DNA of 63,918 nucleotides, counting the filler, from Rhabdomonas costata (taxonomy: Eukaryota), in the NCBI GenBank assembly GCA_019059605.1. It is 55 parts of 55 records of this genome, joined end to end, with 100 filler letters (N's around TTAATTAATTAA, not from the genome) between each part and the next. Parts side by side here need not be neighbours in the genome. Positions count along the whole stretch, not along the records: positions 48,892 to 49,955 come from JAHMHO010030566.1; positions 50,056 to 51,119 come from JAHMHO010030567.1; positions 51,220 to 52,283 come from JAHMHO010030568.1; positions 52,384 to 53,447 come from JAHMHO010030569.1; positions 53,548 to 54,609 come from JAHMHO010030570.1; positions 54,710 to 55,773 come from JAHMHO010030571.1; positions 55,874 to 56,937 come from JAHMHO010030572.1; positions 57,038 to 58,101 come from JAHMHO010030573.1; 47 more parts are not named here. One strand, 5' to 3'. The notes under the pieces are model-generated. The model saw only the letters and a program-made list of their open reading frames with translations, ran no database searches and had not been told where the DNA came from. Positions within the stretch are counted from its first letter, which is position 1, and each line of letters starts with the position of its first letter. The position numbers and the translations under genes were made by a program. Below, piece by piece: positions 48,892 through 60,427 of the stretch.

Positions 48892-49955
48892 GTTGTGTGG
48901 GGTTACTTTCCGATCTTCCAGATTCTCCCCCCCTCAGCCATTGATGTTCCTTCCGCTGTGGATTGGGAACACGCAGGTAAGAGCGCTGTTAGATTCCCGA
49001 GCCTCAGATTCGTTTACAAGTCAAGAAGTGGTGCAGAGATTCCGTTTGCAGAAGTACCCGTTGCAGCAAAGGCTCACGGTGAGAGTAGCGAATGGAGAAG
49101 GACTCCACGTGACCCATTTTGTGCAAATTGTCGGGAAATTAGATAGAATGCCGATTAAATTGTTCTTGAGAGTGATTCAGACGGCAATTACAGTGGTTCT
49201 GGGCTATCCGTTTTTGACAAGGCTACAGCCACAGATAGATTGGAAGCGCAGATGTGTCAATGTTTGGAGAGGCTAAAGGATTTATGACATTCAGGCGCTT
49301 CCAGCAGTTGATTCTTTCATAATTACGTGCCCAATTACAGGGATGATGGTAGCCGAGCCGGAGGAAGTTGTTCCAGAGCTTCCACATATCTCTCAAGTAA
49401 GGAAAGGGTGGGTTTTGTGCCACCCTGGTTCCAGAGTAGCAGTGGAGGAGGGGAGCAAAGCCCCAAATGACCCAGGCGTCAACACGGCTGGATATCGTTT
49501 GGTTGCAGAAAAAAGCGAGCTCATGGTGTTGACCTTTCCACAGTGTGCGGAGTCTCTTCCAGAGTTGAATCCAGAGGGTGCTATTTCCACAGTGTAGGTG
49601 GAAGAGGTCACTCCAACTAAGCAGGACCAGCGACCTATAGCTAGGGCTCAGGAGCCTAAATGGATGGTCAAAAGGAAGTTGCGAGATTCGCCCAGGAAGG
49701 AAGTAGAGAAGTTAATTAAGGAAATGGAACACAGTATTTGTGGCCCCCCTTGTGCGGTGTTACCAACACCCCCAGAGATCGAGAAGTTAAACCAAGAATT
49801 TGCACACACCTTTCCAGCGTCAGTTCCGGGAGGGTTACCCCCTTCGAGGAGGACGGACCACAGGATTGATTTGAAGCCGGACAGTAAGGTACCAGCCCAG
49901 AGGCTGTACCGAATGTCCCCGGCGGAAGATGAAGAATTGCGGAAGCAACTGAAGA
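48892..49955 (+). mobile_element. Decayed Ty3/gypsy LTR retrotransposon pol fragment, copy 2 (same family as 2330-3394)
   Basis: ALLDSRASDSF (DSG changed to DSR), VVLGYPFLTRLQPQIDW, GLPPSRRTDHRIDL...PAQRLYRMSPAEDEELRKQLK; internal stops. Confidence 0.92.
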
Positions 49956-51516
49956 NNNNNNNNNNNNNNNNNNNNNNNNNNNNNNNNNNNNNNNNNNNNT
50001 TAATTAATTAANNNNNNNNNNNNNNNNNNNNNNNNNNNNNNNNNNNNNNNNNNNNTTGTGTTGGTGTTTCTCGATCTATGCAAGGGTTGGGCTTGAGGTG
50101 TACTTCAGTGGTGCTGCTGGTTTTGGGTGTCCGCTGTTAGGGGTTTCGGCTCTTCTGTCTGGGGAAGGGTGTACAGTTGTGGTGTGGCTTCTCACGGTGG
50201 GGTTGTGAGTTCTACTGTCTCACTCGCTACTTCTGTGCTCAAAGTATCGACGATCGCTCCCAGTGTCCTGAGTAGTACGGGAGAGGTGATGTTGATATCA
50301 TGGTGCTACTGTCGAGGGTAGTGGCAGAGTGAGAGGGACCGGTGATGAAGGTGACCGGATGTCAACAGTGACCCTGAGGCAACCATCTGAAGTGAAGGCC
50401 GCAGCAGGCTCTCACTCCAAGATGCCTCAACCCACGTAGCGATGTGAGTGACTCCAACCACCTCAGGAACCATGATTGAGAGAAGATGAGAGTGAGAGTG
50501 AGAAAGACAGAAGGGTTATGCGTAACCCTGATGCCACCACTCCACTTCTTACCCCTACACAGTTGAGATGGATGTTGAAGCGGGAGGCCCTTACTACCCT
50601 TACGGCCCTTATGTTCGCGAGGGACCGACCTCCGGGTCGCCTTTTTCATCCTTTGTTGTCGCCAGTGCTGAGCTGAAGGGCGAGAGTACTCTTGCTGAGC
50701 ACGCCCTGACCCAAAACCTTCATGTAAATTGTCTGTTTCTTTTTTCACTGAGCTCCAGCCTCTCCCAGAACTCTTGTGCCGCAGTGCTGCAGTGCGCCAC
50801 CAACCGAAGCCGCTCCTAGCACTCCCATGGCACCTATCGCTCGTAGCCGCTGCCAACAGCGCGTGCGCCGTTAGTTTTCTGCCTCCATGTCAGACGACAG
50901 CCAGAACAGCCGGAGCGCTATGTGGCCAGCACGCTCACTCATTCGCGCGCGCGCACACACACACACACACACACGGACACTCACTCACATTCAAGCACGT
51001 GAGTGAAACTGGAAGCAGAAGAATCATCAAAATACATTCTCCAGGGTGCGTAGTAGCAGCTGACGGAGAGTGGAAACAACAAAACCCTAATAACAGAAAA
51101 GTTTTTCCAAACACAACACNNNNNNNNNNNNNNNNNNNNNNNNNNNNNNNNNNNNNNNNNNNNTTAATTAATTAANNNNNNNNNNNNNNNNNNNNNNNNN
51201 NNNNNNNNNNNNNNNNNNNTGAACACCGAGACCCTGATGATCATCGCCTTCATTCTCTCGGGATGCCTCCTTTTTTCGTTTTCCTATGCATTTGTGTTTT
51301 TCAGCCGCTGTTTCTTCTTTGGTGCCAGTCACTGCACTGTCACCTTAGTCCAGTTCTCACGAAAACTGCAGCAAAGAAAATATCCACTGTTCACCGAATT
51401 TCGGCAATAGGAAAGAAAATGACCCGTTTCACCACCTTCAGTGTTCTGAACAGGCTGTTTACTTTCAAACCCGAGCGGTGCCATGAAGAGACGGACAGAA
51501 CAGAGAGAAGTCAAAC

Positions 51517-51722
51517 CTTGGCAGCCACGCGGCCAGGGCGGCGATCCCGGCCAAGGTGCGAACGTAGCTGAACCCCGCCCGCAGAGCCACAGCGCCGCCC
51601 TGGCTGAACCCCGCCACCACCAGGCGGTTCGACGGCACCTCCCTGACCTCAGCTTCCAGCATGGCGTGAATTCTCCGCACAGAGGCTCCCAGGCCCGTAG
51701 CAGGGTCATCCGCGGAGAGCAT
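51517..51722 (-). CDS. Acyl-protein thioesterase/lysophospholipase (APT1/LYPLA-like) exon
   Basis: SVRRIHAMLEAEVREVPSNRLVVAGFSQGGAVAL...LAGIAALAAWLP, with the GFSQG nucleophile elbow; 5' exon boundary uncertain. Confidence 0.88.
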
Positions 51723-54700
51723 CTTTATTTGAGGTACCCGGCAACTCCGGCGGTGGAAACTCAGCAATCCGACGCGCACACTCATGAAGAAGAAGAAGAG
51801 GGTTTTGGCGGAAGCTACATCTATGTCTGGATACAACGGTGTAATCTGCGGGAGGTATGCAGAACCACTCTAAGTCAATAGCAGGGCGGTTTTTAACGGT
51901 GGTTGAAACTGCAGTTGGCGTTTTGCCCCCCCCCCAAAAGCAATTGCCTTAGGGCCGAGAAATTAAACCGCTTGCTGACAACACTAGTCGATAGAAAGAA
52001 AAAAGGAATTCCAAAGCTCAACAGGAGCAGCACTCTTTCCAGCGGAGACCAAATCTTGGGCCTTGCAAAATGGCGTGCGCGTATGTACACGCGTATGCAT
52101 GCATGTATGTACTCATAATTAAAAAGGACGGTGGCCGAGTGCTAATGGACCAAAAACCCAGTCGGAGGCTGAGGCGCCCACTATCCCCGTTTTTTTTCGG
52201 GCATTCCACCAGAGCTGCTCCCAGGACAGCGCCCTGTCTGGTGGTTTTCATGAGCGACTTTGGCTGCCCGGATGCGGAAGAAGNNNNNNNNNNNNNNNNN
52301 NNNNNNNNNNNNNNNNNNNNNNNNNNNTTAATTAATTAANNNNNNNNNNNNNNNNNNNNNNNNNNNNNNNNNNNNNNNNNNNNGTTGTGTGGTTGGGGAC
52401 GGCTACTCTGAAATTGAGTGCAGCAAGGGCTGTGCCGCACTTTCACTTTGTGTGCTGGGATGAATGGTGAATTTGTGTTCATTTTTTCATTTCATTTTCT
52501 CGTTTTTTTTCCCCTGAGTTGTGGGTGCCCTTCAAACCCTCCGGCTGCTGCGGGCAAGAAGCGGCACAAGATTGTTCAATACGTATGAGCCACCAAAAAT
52601 GGAAGTGACTGGCCTGGGGTGCAAGGACCAGCGCACAGCCTTTTCCTGTACTTCGGCTTGGCCCCAGAAATGGTGAATGCGTTAATTGGGTGCCTGGGGG
52701 CTCTTGCATTACCCTTCCTTTTCTTTTTGGGATTGTTTTACCGTCAGACGGGTTTATGTTTTTGGGGGCAAATATTTTCTCTGTGTGCAGGTGCAGGGCT
52801 TCTACGACATGTTGTCATCAAAGCTGGCTGTGCTTCGCCAGAAGCGTGAAGAGGACCGTGTGGGAAGGAAGCGCACACGCGTATGCGCAGGGCTCGATTC
52901 TGGGTGAAAGCAAACTGCGCCGAGCCTCGCACATCGCTGGGCAAAGATTGATCGCGTGGGGTGTTTTCTATTAAGATTGGATTACTTCAGGGGCTTTTTT
53001 GCCTTTTTTTTTTTGCCTTTTTTTTTGCCTTCTCTTTTTTTTTCTGCCTTTTTTGCATCGCATTTTTTGGGGGTCGGCTGGTTTCACATATCGCCCCCCC
53101 CCCTGCTTGCTTCAAGGTCCAGAAACACTGCTTCGGCCTTGAATAACATTTCATATTTAGTTTTGTCGCAGTATTCCTCGTTTTGCTTGCTTTAAAGGAT
53201 GTTTAGGACTACCAACGGTTGCTGTCTGAAGTTGAAGCATCATTTGTGCAACAATAATGTGCGCGAAATCTTATACAGTGTGTGCTAGGTTCATCAGAGA
53301 TCAGCCAAATATCAAAGCAACGGACAAGATTCGCACCAAATATCGGTGTTTACTTCGCTCCAAATGAATCCAAAGAGAGCTCTTGTTTGATGTGGTTGAT
53401 TTCTTTTCTTTCGCCCCAACTCTTTCTTTATGATGTCCAACCCCACANNNNNNNNNNNNNNNNNNNNNNNNNNNNNNNNNNNNNNNNNNNNTTAATTAAT
53501 TAANNNNNNNNNNNNNNNNNNNNNNNNNNNNNNNNNNNNNNNNNNNNACCACGATGGTCACCCCAAAGCAGCGGACTTTCAGGAAGAAGACTTTCATAAC
53601 AGAGGATCCGACAGGTCCCAAGAAGGTGCACTGCACCCAGCCAAGAAAGGGGAACCCCACTCTCTCCAGCAGAGTACAGCACACCGAAACCCGAACCCAA
53701 TCGGACCAAATCCCACAGGACCGCGCTTTGCTTTCCCGTTCCATTCAATTACCGTGCACATGGGAGACAGAGGAGGGGACACAGCTTGCAATGTTCCAAT
53801 GGACACCCAATTGTTGTTGTTGAGGTCTTGGGGCCATCGCTCGAAGGGGGCGGGGGGAGAGAAAGGATCACAATCACTGGATGGTCAGAACCGACCTACA
53901 CGCCAACCCGTCTGGCTCAAGCGTCCACACCGAGTTCCCTTTCAAGGCTTTTCGCTCTCATTCTGTCCTACTCAGCAGAATCGTGTCCAAGCATTTAGGG
54001 GAGGGGAGGGGTATAAAAAGGGGATCATCACAGCGCTTGCAGGGCTTTGCTGTGCATATCACCGTGGGGGCTCGTTGCCCGTGACAGCTCGGGAAGTAGA
54101 CGATGCTCAGAGTGACTTGTGGGTTCCATCACTGCGATTCACACCACAAAGGAAACAAAATTCGTGAAATTTGAAAACAAACAGTATGAGTGCAAGAGGA
54201 TTACTGGCTAACCTCAAAACCACTAAGCTTGTGATTTAGAGAACAAATATATCCGCGGCTTCAACTTCGAGGCCCACATCAACATGGAAAATGCAGGCGG
54301 CAAAATGAAAACACAAGTTCGGTTCAGCGCCCGGGAGGCGTTGAGTATCCGTGGGGCATAAACCCCGTTTTATGGTACGCGGTATACAGCTGCCCTCCTT
54401 TCGATGATCCATGGAACTGATCCAACCTCGTCCCTGACTCAGCACTCACTTCCTTCCCTATAATAATGCCGCCCCTATCGTCTACAGAGCAAACAAAAAC
54501 AACCGAAAAGGAACCCCGAAAATGCAATTTCATTTCTCGGCCCATGACTGCGCAAGCCGTTGTACAATATGATGGCATCACACCGGAAAGGCGGTACCCC
54601 CACCCCCCCNNNNNNNNNNNNNNNNNNNNNNNNNNNNNNNNNNNNNNNNNNNNTTAATTAATTAANNNNNNNNNNNNNNNNNNNNNNNNNNNNNNNNNNN

Positions 54701-54875
54701 NNNNNNNNNTGTTTGGACTGAGTGATGTGGTCAACGTGGCACTGAGTGACAGACATGGTATGAACGGGTCGCCCCCAGTCGTGCGAAAGTCACAACATGT
54801 CCATCATTGTCCAGGACTTTCAAGTTATTTTCCCCTAACCTTTCGCGGGGCTGAGTTTTCCTTTTGAAAAAACGA

Positions 54876-55037
54876 ATGGCGTCTCAGCCGAGCACGCAAG
54901 CTCAGATGGAGTACATCCGCAGGCATAATGTGGCGCAGCTAATTGATAACATTTGTGTGGAGCTGCTGGAGCACCAGCCTGCGGACCCGATCGACTTCAC
55001 CAAAAACATGAACATCAACCTGGCTGCTCCCGAAAGG
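54876..55037 (+). CDS. First exon of a protein with an RIIa/Dpy-30-type dimerisation-docking domain
   Basis: MEYIRRHNVAQLIDNICVELLEHQPADPIDF fits Y...H.v..l...l...ll...P.DP..f. Confidence 0.75.
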
Positions 55038-57642
55038 GTTTGTGACATCCTTGAAATGGGCTCTTGAGTGCCTCGCTTTTTGCATGGTCGCGTGTCTTGT
55101 CGGGTTGTGTCAGACAATCTATGGGGGTGTTGGCTTTGGGAAGCGGTCAATGGTGGGGTTGCCAGCCTGCAATTTCTTTTTCACTTTCATTTGAATTCCG
55201 TTTGAAACAGATGTCCCCGATGACCTTGAACTTTTGTTTTTCGAATCGGACTGAATTTCCATTGAAGGGAATGGCGTCACAGTTGGCTCTTCAGTTCATT
55301 TCTGCCAACGACAATGCACTGCATGTTTGGGATGGTTGACTCTGCTCTGTTTCTTTATCACAGGCTGTCTCGTTCAAAGTAGGCTCGGAGAAAAGGTGCC
55401 CCCCTTTCCGTTTTCTTTGTGTAACTTTTGTGCCTGGTTGTGCGAAGAACACCAAGCGCGACGGAAGTGTGGCAAGCTGGTTTGATCGTACGACCCAATA
55501 TTCCAAAAGAGCGCTGACTCATAAGGCAGTGCCGACCTTTGTGTTGCATTCCCGTGAATCATGTCGTCTGTGTGTTTTGGTGTTTCTGTTTTGCGTCAGG
55601 GCTCGGGCGAGTTCAGTCGCGAATACCCTCGCGAACGTGCCCGCGCTGTGCAACTTTTCCCCACGGAATCTCTCGAGGGTGCGTGCTCGTGCGTCCCCCC
55701 CACCTCTGCTCCGGCTATCCACGCCCCCTCTTCTCCGGGATGTGGAAGCCATTGTGGATACTCCCCACCAACCNNNNNNNNNNNNNNNNNNNNNNNNNNN
55801 NNNNNNNNNNNNNNNNNTTAATTAATTAANNNNNNNNNNNNNNNNNNNNNNNNNNNNNNNNNNNNNNNNNNNNGGGGTTGTGGTCACTCGAACATTAAGA
55901 CTGCAGCAAGTCGAAAACAAAAGATAGACGAAGACTGTTTTTCACCCTGTCCATACCCCAAGCGGGTAGACCCTCCTTGATCTTCTCGTGAACATTTCGC
56001 ATGGTGGCGAGCACCTGAAAAAGAAGAAACCGCCACCCCTTCCCACCACAATTTTCACATTGGACACGTTCTCGGAAATTTTCAAAGACCACGGTGTGGC
56101 ACGCGGTCACTGAATGTGAAAAGGGACACGTAATTCGCAGCAAGAGGCCTCAAGAGAGAGAGAGAGAGACGAAACCTGGGCGGTGCTCATCTCCTGTGGC
56201 TGCGCTTGCAGACTCCGTTCAGTTTGCACCGGCATTGTTGGGAAAGGAAGCAGGTGAGTGAAAGAAGGTGAAGTGCTAAAATGAACAACAAATGCGGTTC
56301 AGCAAGAGCTCTTCCGCAGCAACAAAGAAGAAGAACATCGTCAAACTTTTCGGGGGGGGGTGGAATGTGAGAGGGAGCGATCACGCGTAAACATCACTCG
56401 TACATGCATATAGGCACAGAAGGACAATCCATGTATAATAAGATGCCAAAAAGTAAGCTTTCAAGGGCATTGCTCAAATCAGCAAATGCATTGAATCTTC
56501 AGCCCCCCCAAAAAGTCGATAGCGTTGCAATCAATGTTCTGTCAGGGCTTTCGTCTTTTTGACATTTTTTCGTCTTTTTGACACTGAACTCTGAAAGGAG
56601 ACACGTGCATCAGCCAGCGTTCCCATGATTGACAAGCAGCTTGAAAAAAATGAATCAAAAGTTCGCAGACCATTCAGTACGAACACACAACCCATTCTCG
56701 AATCAATAACTAGAAAATTTAAGCCAAAATCAAAACACCTCGGCAATAGTTTTCAAGGCCAACACGAAAAAAGCGTGAAAATTCATCAAGTTCGCTAAAC
56801 CGTCCTAAATTTGGCAAGACATCCCGAAAAGGGGAAACAGGGGAAACAGCAACAGAATTTGTAGAATGCATACAATGCGTTGAATAAGGGCTTAACCCTT
56901 ACTGGGCTTGCAAAGACAAATGGATAGAATTAGTTGANNNNNNNNNNNNNNNNNNNNNNNNNNNNNNNNNNNNNNNNNNNNTTAATTAATTAANNNNNNN
57001 NNNNNNNNNNNNNNNNNNNNNNNNNNNNNNNNNNNNNGTGGTTTTATATCCAAGTGCAAGGCGGAGGCCTAACCTTCTTCCATTCCCTGTCATGTTTCTG
57101 ATGTTCCCTTGCGACCTTGACTTGTGAGGTGGGACTTACTATATCGGTTGGCCGGGGGCTTGCTGGCTGCTCTCTCTACCAGACACCTTGTCTTTTTGTG
57201 GGTCTTAGGGTAATTTTGGTGAACCGTACGGGGCTAAACCTGGGCAAGTCCTTCTTCATTGCCTCTTTACTGCTCTCGGAAATCCGCGGCCCGAAGTTCC
57301 CCGACTGCGCCGCGGACCGCAGTATGTGCATTCACCTTCCCGAGGCCCTGATGTCCCTCGCGGCGTTCGGTATCCCCAACAATCCCCCGTTTTTTCTGCC
57401 CCACATGTCCCGCGCAACCCTGCACCCTGGACTGTTGTAATGGTATTTGGATGCGCTCGTTTTCCATGGGCGGCGTTCTTTTACCTTGGGAGAACCGCGA
57501 GATGGTTTGGTCGATGCTGAGTCAGCGAGCCTCGAGCGAGTGGTAGGAAGAGACATTGCTACCTAGACCAAAAAAAAGTTGGAGAAGCGTGGTGTATCGT
57601 CGCGGGGTGGGATTGGTTCGACGCCATCTGGTCTGGGTTCAG

Positions 57643-57752
57643 GCCAAGCTCGGCCCGAGTATATGGGGTACCTGCGCAAGCTCTTCAACCTGCCTCATGA
57701 CCACCAGGTGGACTACGGCACCCAATTGCTGACTGACCTGCACATTCACGAG
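57643..57752 (+). CDS. Internal exon of an unknown protein
   Basis: QARPEYMGYLRKLFNLPHDHQVDYGTQLLTDLHIHE between a CAG acceptor and a GTTTGC donor. Confidence 0.4.
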
Positions 57753-59498
57753 GTTTGCACCTCATTGCTTCTGTGAAACACGTACACACACACGACAGTG
57801 GTCACCAACAATCAAGCAACCAGTCAACCAGGCGCGCAATGCGCCCAACACACACACACTTTGTTCTAGTCCTTTTCGCGGGGAAAAGACCACCGAGAAT
57901 CACACACACACACACACACACACACTCGCACGCGCGCATGCACTCACGCACGCACACCATATTCGGCGAAAGCATGTCGTGTTTGTGCCGTTCTATGGTT
58001 TTAATCTAATCATTGGCATGCCAGCTCATACATTTTTGTCCATCTCACCATTCAAAATGTAATGTCGGTTTTGTTCTCAATGAGCGAGGTTCCCACACAA
58101 ANNNNNNNNNNNNNNNNNNNNNNNNNNNNNNNNNNNNNNNNNNNNTTAATTAATTAANNNNNNNNNNNNNNNNNNNNNNNNNNNNNNNNNNNNNNNNNNN
58201 NGGTGGGGGGTGTCGCATGTGCTGGCCGGCGCGGTGCCAAAGTTGGCGCGTGTGGCCTGACAGTTGGTTTGAGGGAATTGTGAGGTCTGATGGCTTTGAC
58301 TGGCGTGTCCATGAATGAACAAAAGCCCCCAGCGTTTCCTGATTGATTTTGATGTGTACCAGGCAGCCAGAGCCTGGCCCCCGGGGATAGGCACTTTTGT
58401 GCAAGTACGTTGTGGGTGCCGTCGATGAACCCCCCGCTGTGCTGGGCAAAGACGCGGCACAAGATTAAAGAAGAAATGCAGAAAGGGCCGCGAAGGGGTA
58501 CGGGTGGGTACAGGCCTCAAACCCTCTCTTAATACAACAGACCCCGTGATCCACGAAAGTGCGCATTTTACTAGTTGCAAAGTGCGGCTTAGATGCAGGA
58601 GGGAAACAAAAGGGAAAAGAGCAACGAGAAGAAGAAGACAACAAAAATGGATGTGGCCGGAAAAGAATGAAGAACGTGGGGGCAAAGAAGCAATAAATTA
58701 AAATCACAACAGACAGACAGGGGCGGGAAAGGGGGAGGGGATGAACAAGAGTGGCACTCTCAAGAGACTCAAGAGACAGCTGAAGGTGCACGTCCATTCG
58801 ATAACCACCATTTGGAAGATGACGCCAAGTCAAAGAAGAATGCAAATGAATGAAACCCCTTGAAAAATGGCATCAAGCACCCAAGCAAGCCACTCCACTG
58901 CGCCGTAAAACTCAACTGACCTTTTTGACCATTATTGCATCAATGTTCTTTGGCCGCCGACCACCCTTGAAAACGCTCCACAACGGGCAGCGGGACAGCG
59001 ATTCATGAGGAGACCGTAAAGCCTCCTGCTCACGCGCTGTCTCCTCTCATGAGGGAGGTCACGCCCTCCTCCACACGCCCACGTGTTGTCATCTCTCCTT
59101 CGTTCCCCCCTCACGTCCCAGACTGTTTCTGTTCCTTTCGTGTTTCGTGTTTTCAGTCGACGTGTTTGGGAGAAAACAAGACTTCTATATTAATTTTGGT
59201 TTCGCCGAAGCCCCTTTGCTCGTCTATATTGTCGTCGCATTGTCTTCGACATTTCAAAAACCCATNNNNNNNNNNNNNNNNNNNNNNNNNNNNNNNNNNN
59301 NNNNNNNNNTTAATTAATTAANNNNNNNNNNNNNNNNNNNNNNNNNNNNNNNNNNNNNNNNNNNNTGTTGTTTGGAACTTGAATGAAGGGAAGAATTCTA
59401 GAATTCTATACAATTTTTTTTTAGAGCGAGAGAGCGTGTAATCCACTGGTGAAAAAACACCGAAAATGCACAGCCAAGAAGCACCGGAAATGCAATAC

Positions 59499-60427
59499 CG
59501 AAGCCATGACTTCCTTGTTGGCGCTCAGGGTTTCCTTGGCCTTTGTTGCCGATCGCAACAGCTTTGCAACAGCCTTGTAAGCATTCAGAGTATTCATCTT
59601 CAGCACATCAACACCTAACAAAAGTGTATAGAATTCTAGAATTCTTCCCTTCATTCAAGTTCCAAAAAACGAAAGTGTCAGCAACGCACCGTGTTTCTTG
59701 GCAAACTGTGAGGCGATGTGCCTCGCGAGCTGAGCATCAATGTAACGACCACCATTTTGATCGTCGTGTGCAGTAGATCGCACCTTCATGGTTCCTTAAC
59801 GCGAATTCACATGCATCGACATCACTGCACTAACACGCACCTCAATCGCCTTGCATCCAAATTTTCAAGACTAACCAAAAGGCTGACCTAAGGCATTGGG
59901 CTTTTTCGACTTCTTTCCGCCCACAGTTCCATTGACCGGAGGGACGAAAGTCACAACGGTGATTTCGAGGCTTGAAGCGCCCATGTCAAAAATAGCAACA
60001 TTCACCTCACGGTTCTCAAACCCACGGTTCTGAACACCATACTGCAAAGCAGCTGCGAACAGAAATGAACACCAGGCAAAAGCTCCCAGATCGAAGCTCA
60101 ACGCTCAACGAACAATCAAAGAACTCAACCACCTGCAGTGCTGTCGTGCATGAGGGATAGTACACTGAGATTCGCCAAAGTTGCCGCGTCCAAAACGGCC
60201 TGCCGTTGTCTCCCAGTGAAAAACGCAGGAATCTGAAGAAAAAATGAACGTAAGGAGGGGCAAGGAGGCAAGTCAGATAGTACAAAAAAACGGTACATCA
60301 TCAGACCGTAATGGCAACGTCCGTCACAGGGAACCCAGCGTGCTTTTCCGCTGTTGTTTTCATGTACAACAGAAACATAGCCATTAGCTCTTCGGCAGTG
60401 TACAGTGTACCGGGCATCACCACCAAC
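59499..60427 (-). CDS. HYOU1: ER Hsp70-family nucleotide exchange factor Grp170/HYOU1; exons 60427-60307, 60232-60133, 60052-59888, 59794-59690, 59614-59499
   Basis: YTAEELMAMFL...VTDVAIT|IPAFFTGRQRQAVLDAA...DSTAAALQYGVQNRGF...IFDMGAS...GGRYID...KAVAKLLRSATKAKETLSANKE; four GT-AG introns with consistent phase. Confidence 0.9.
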
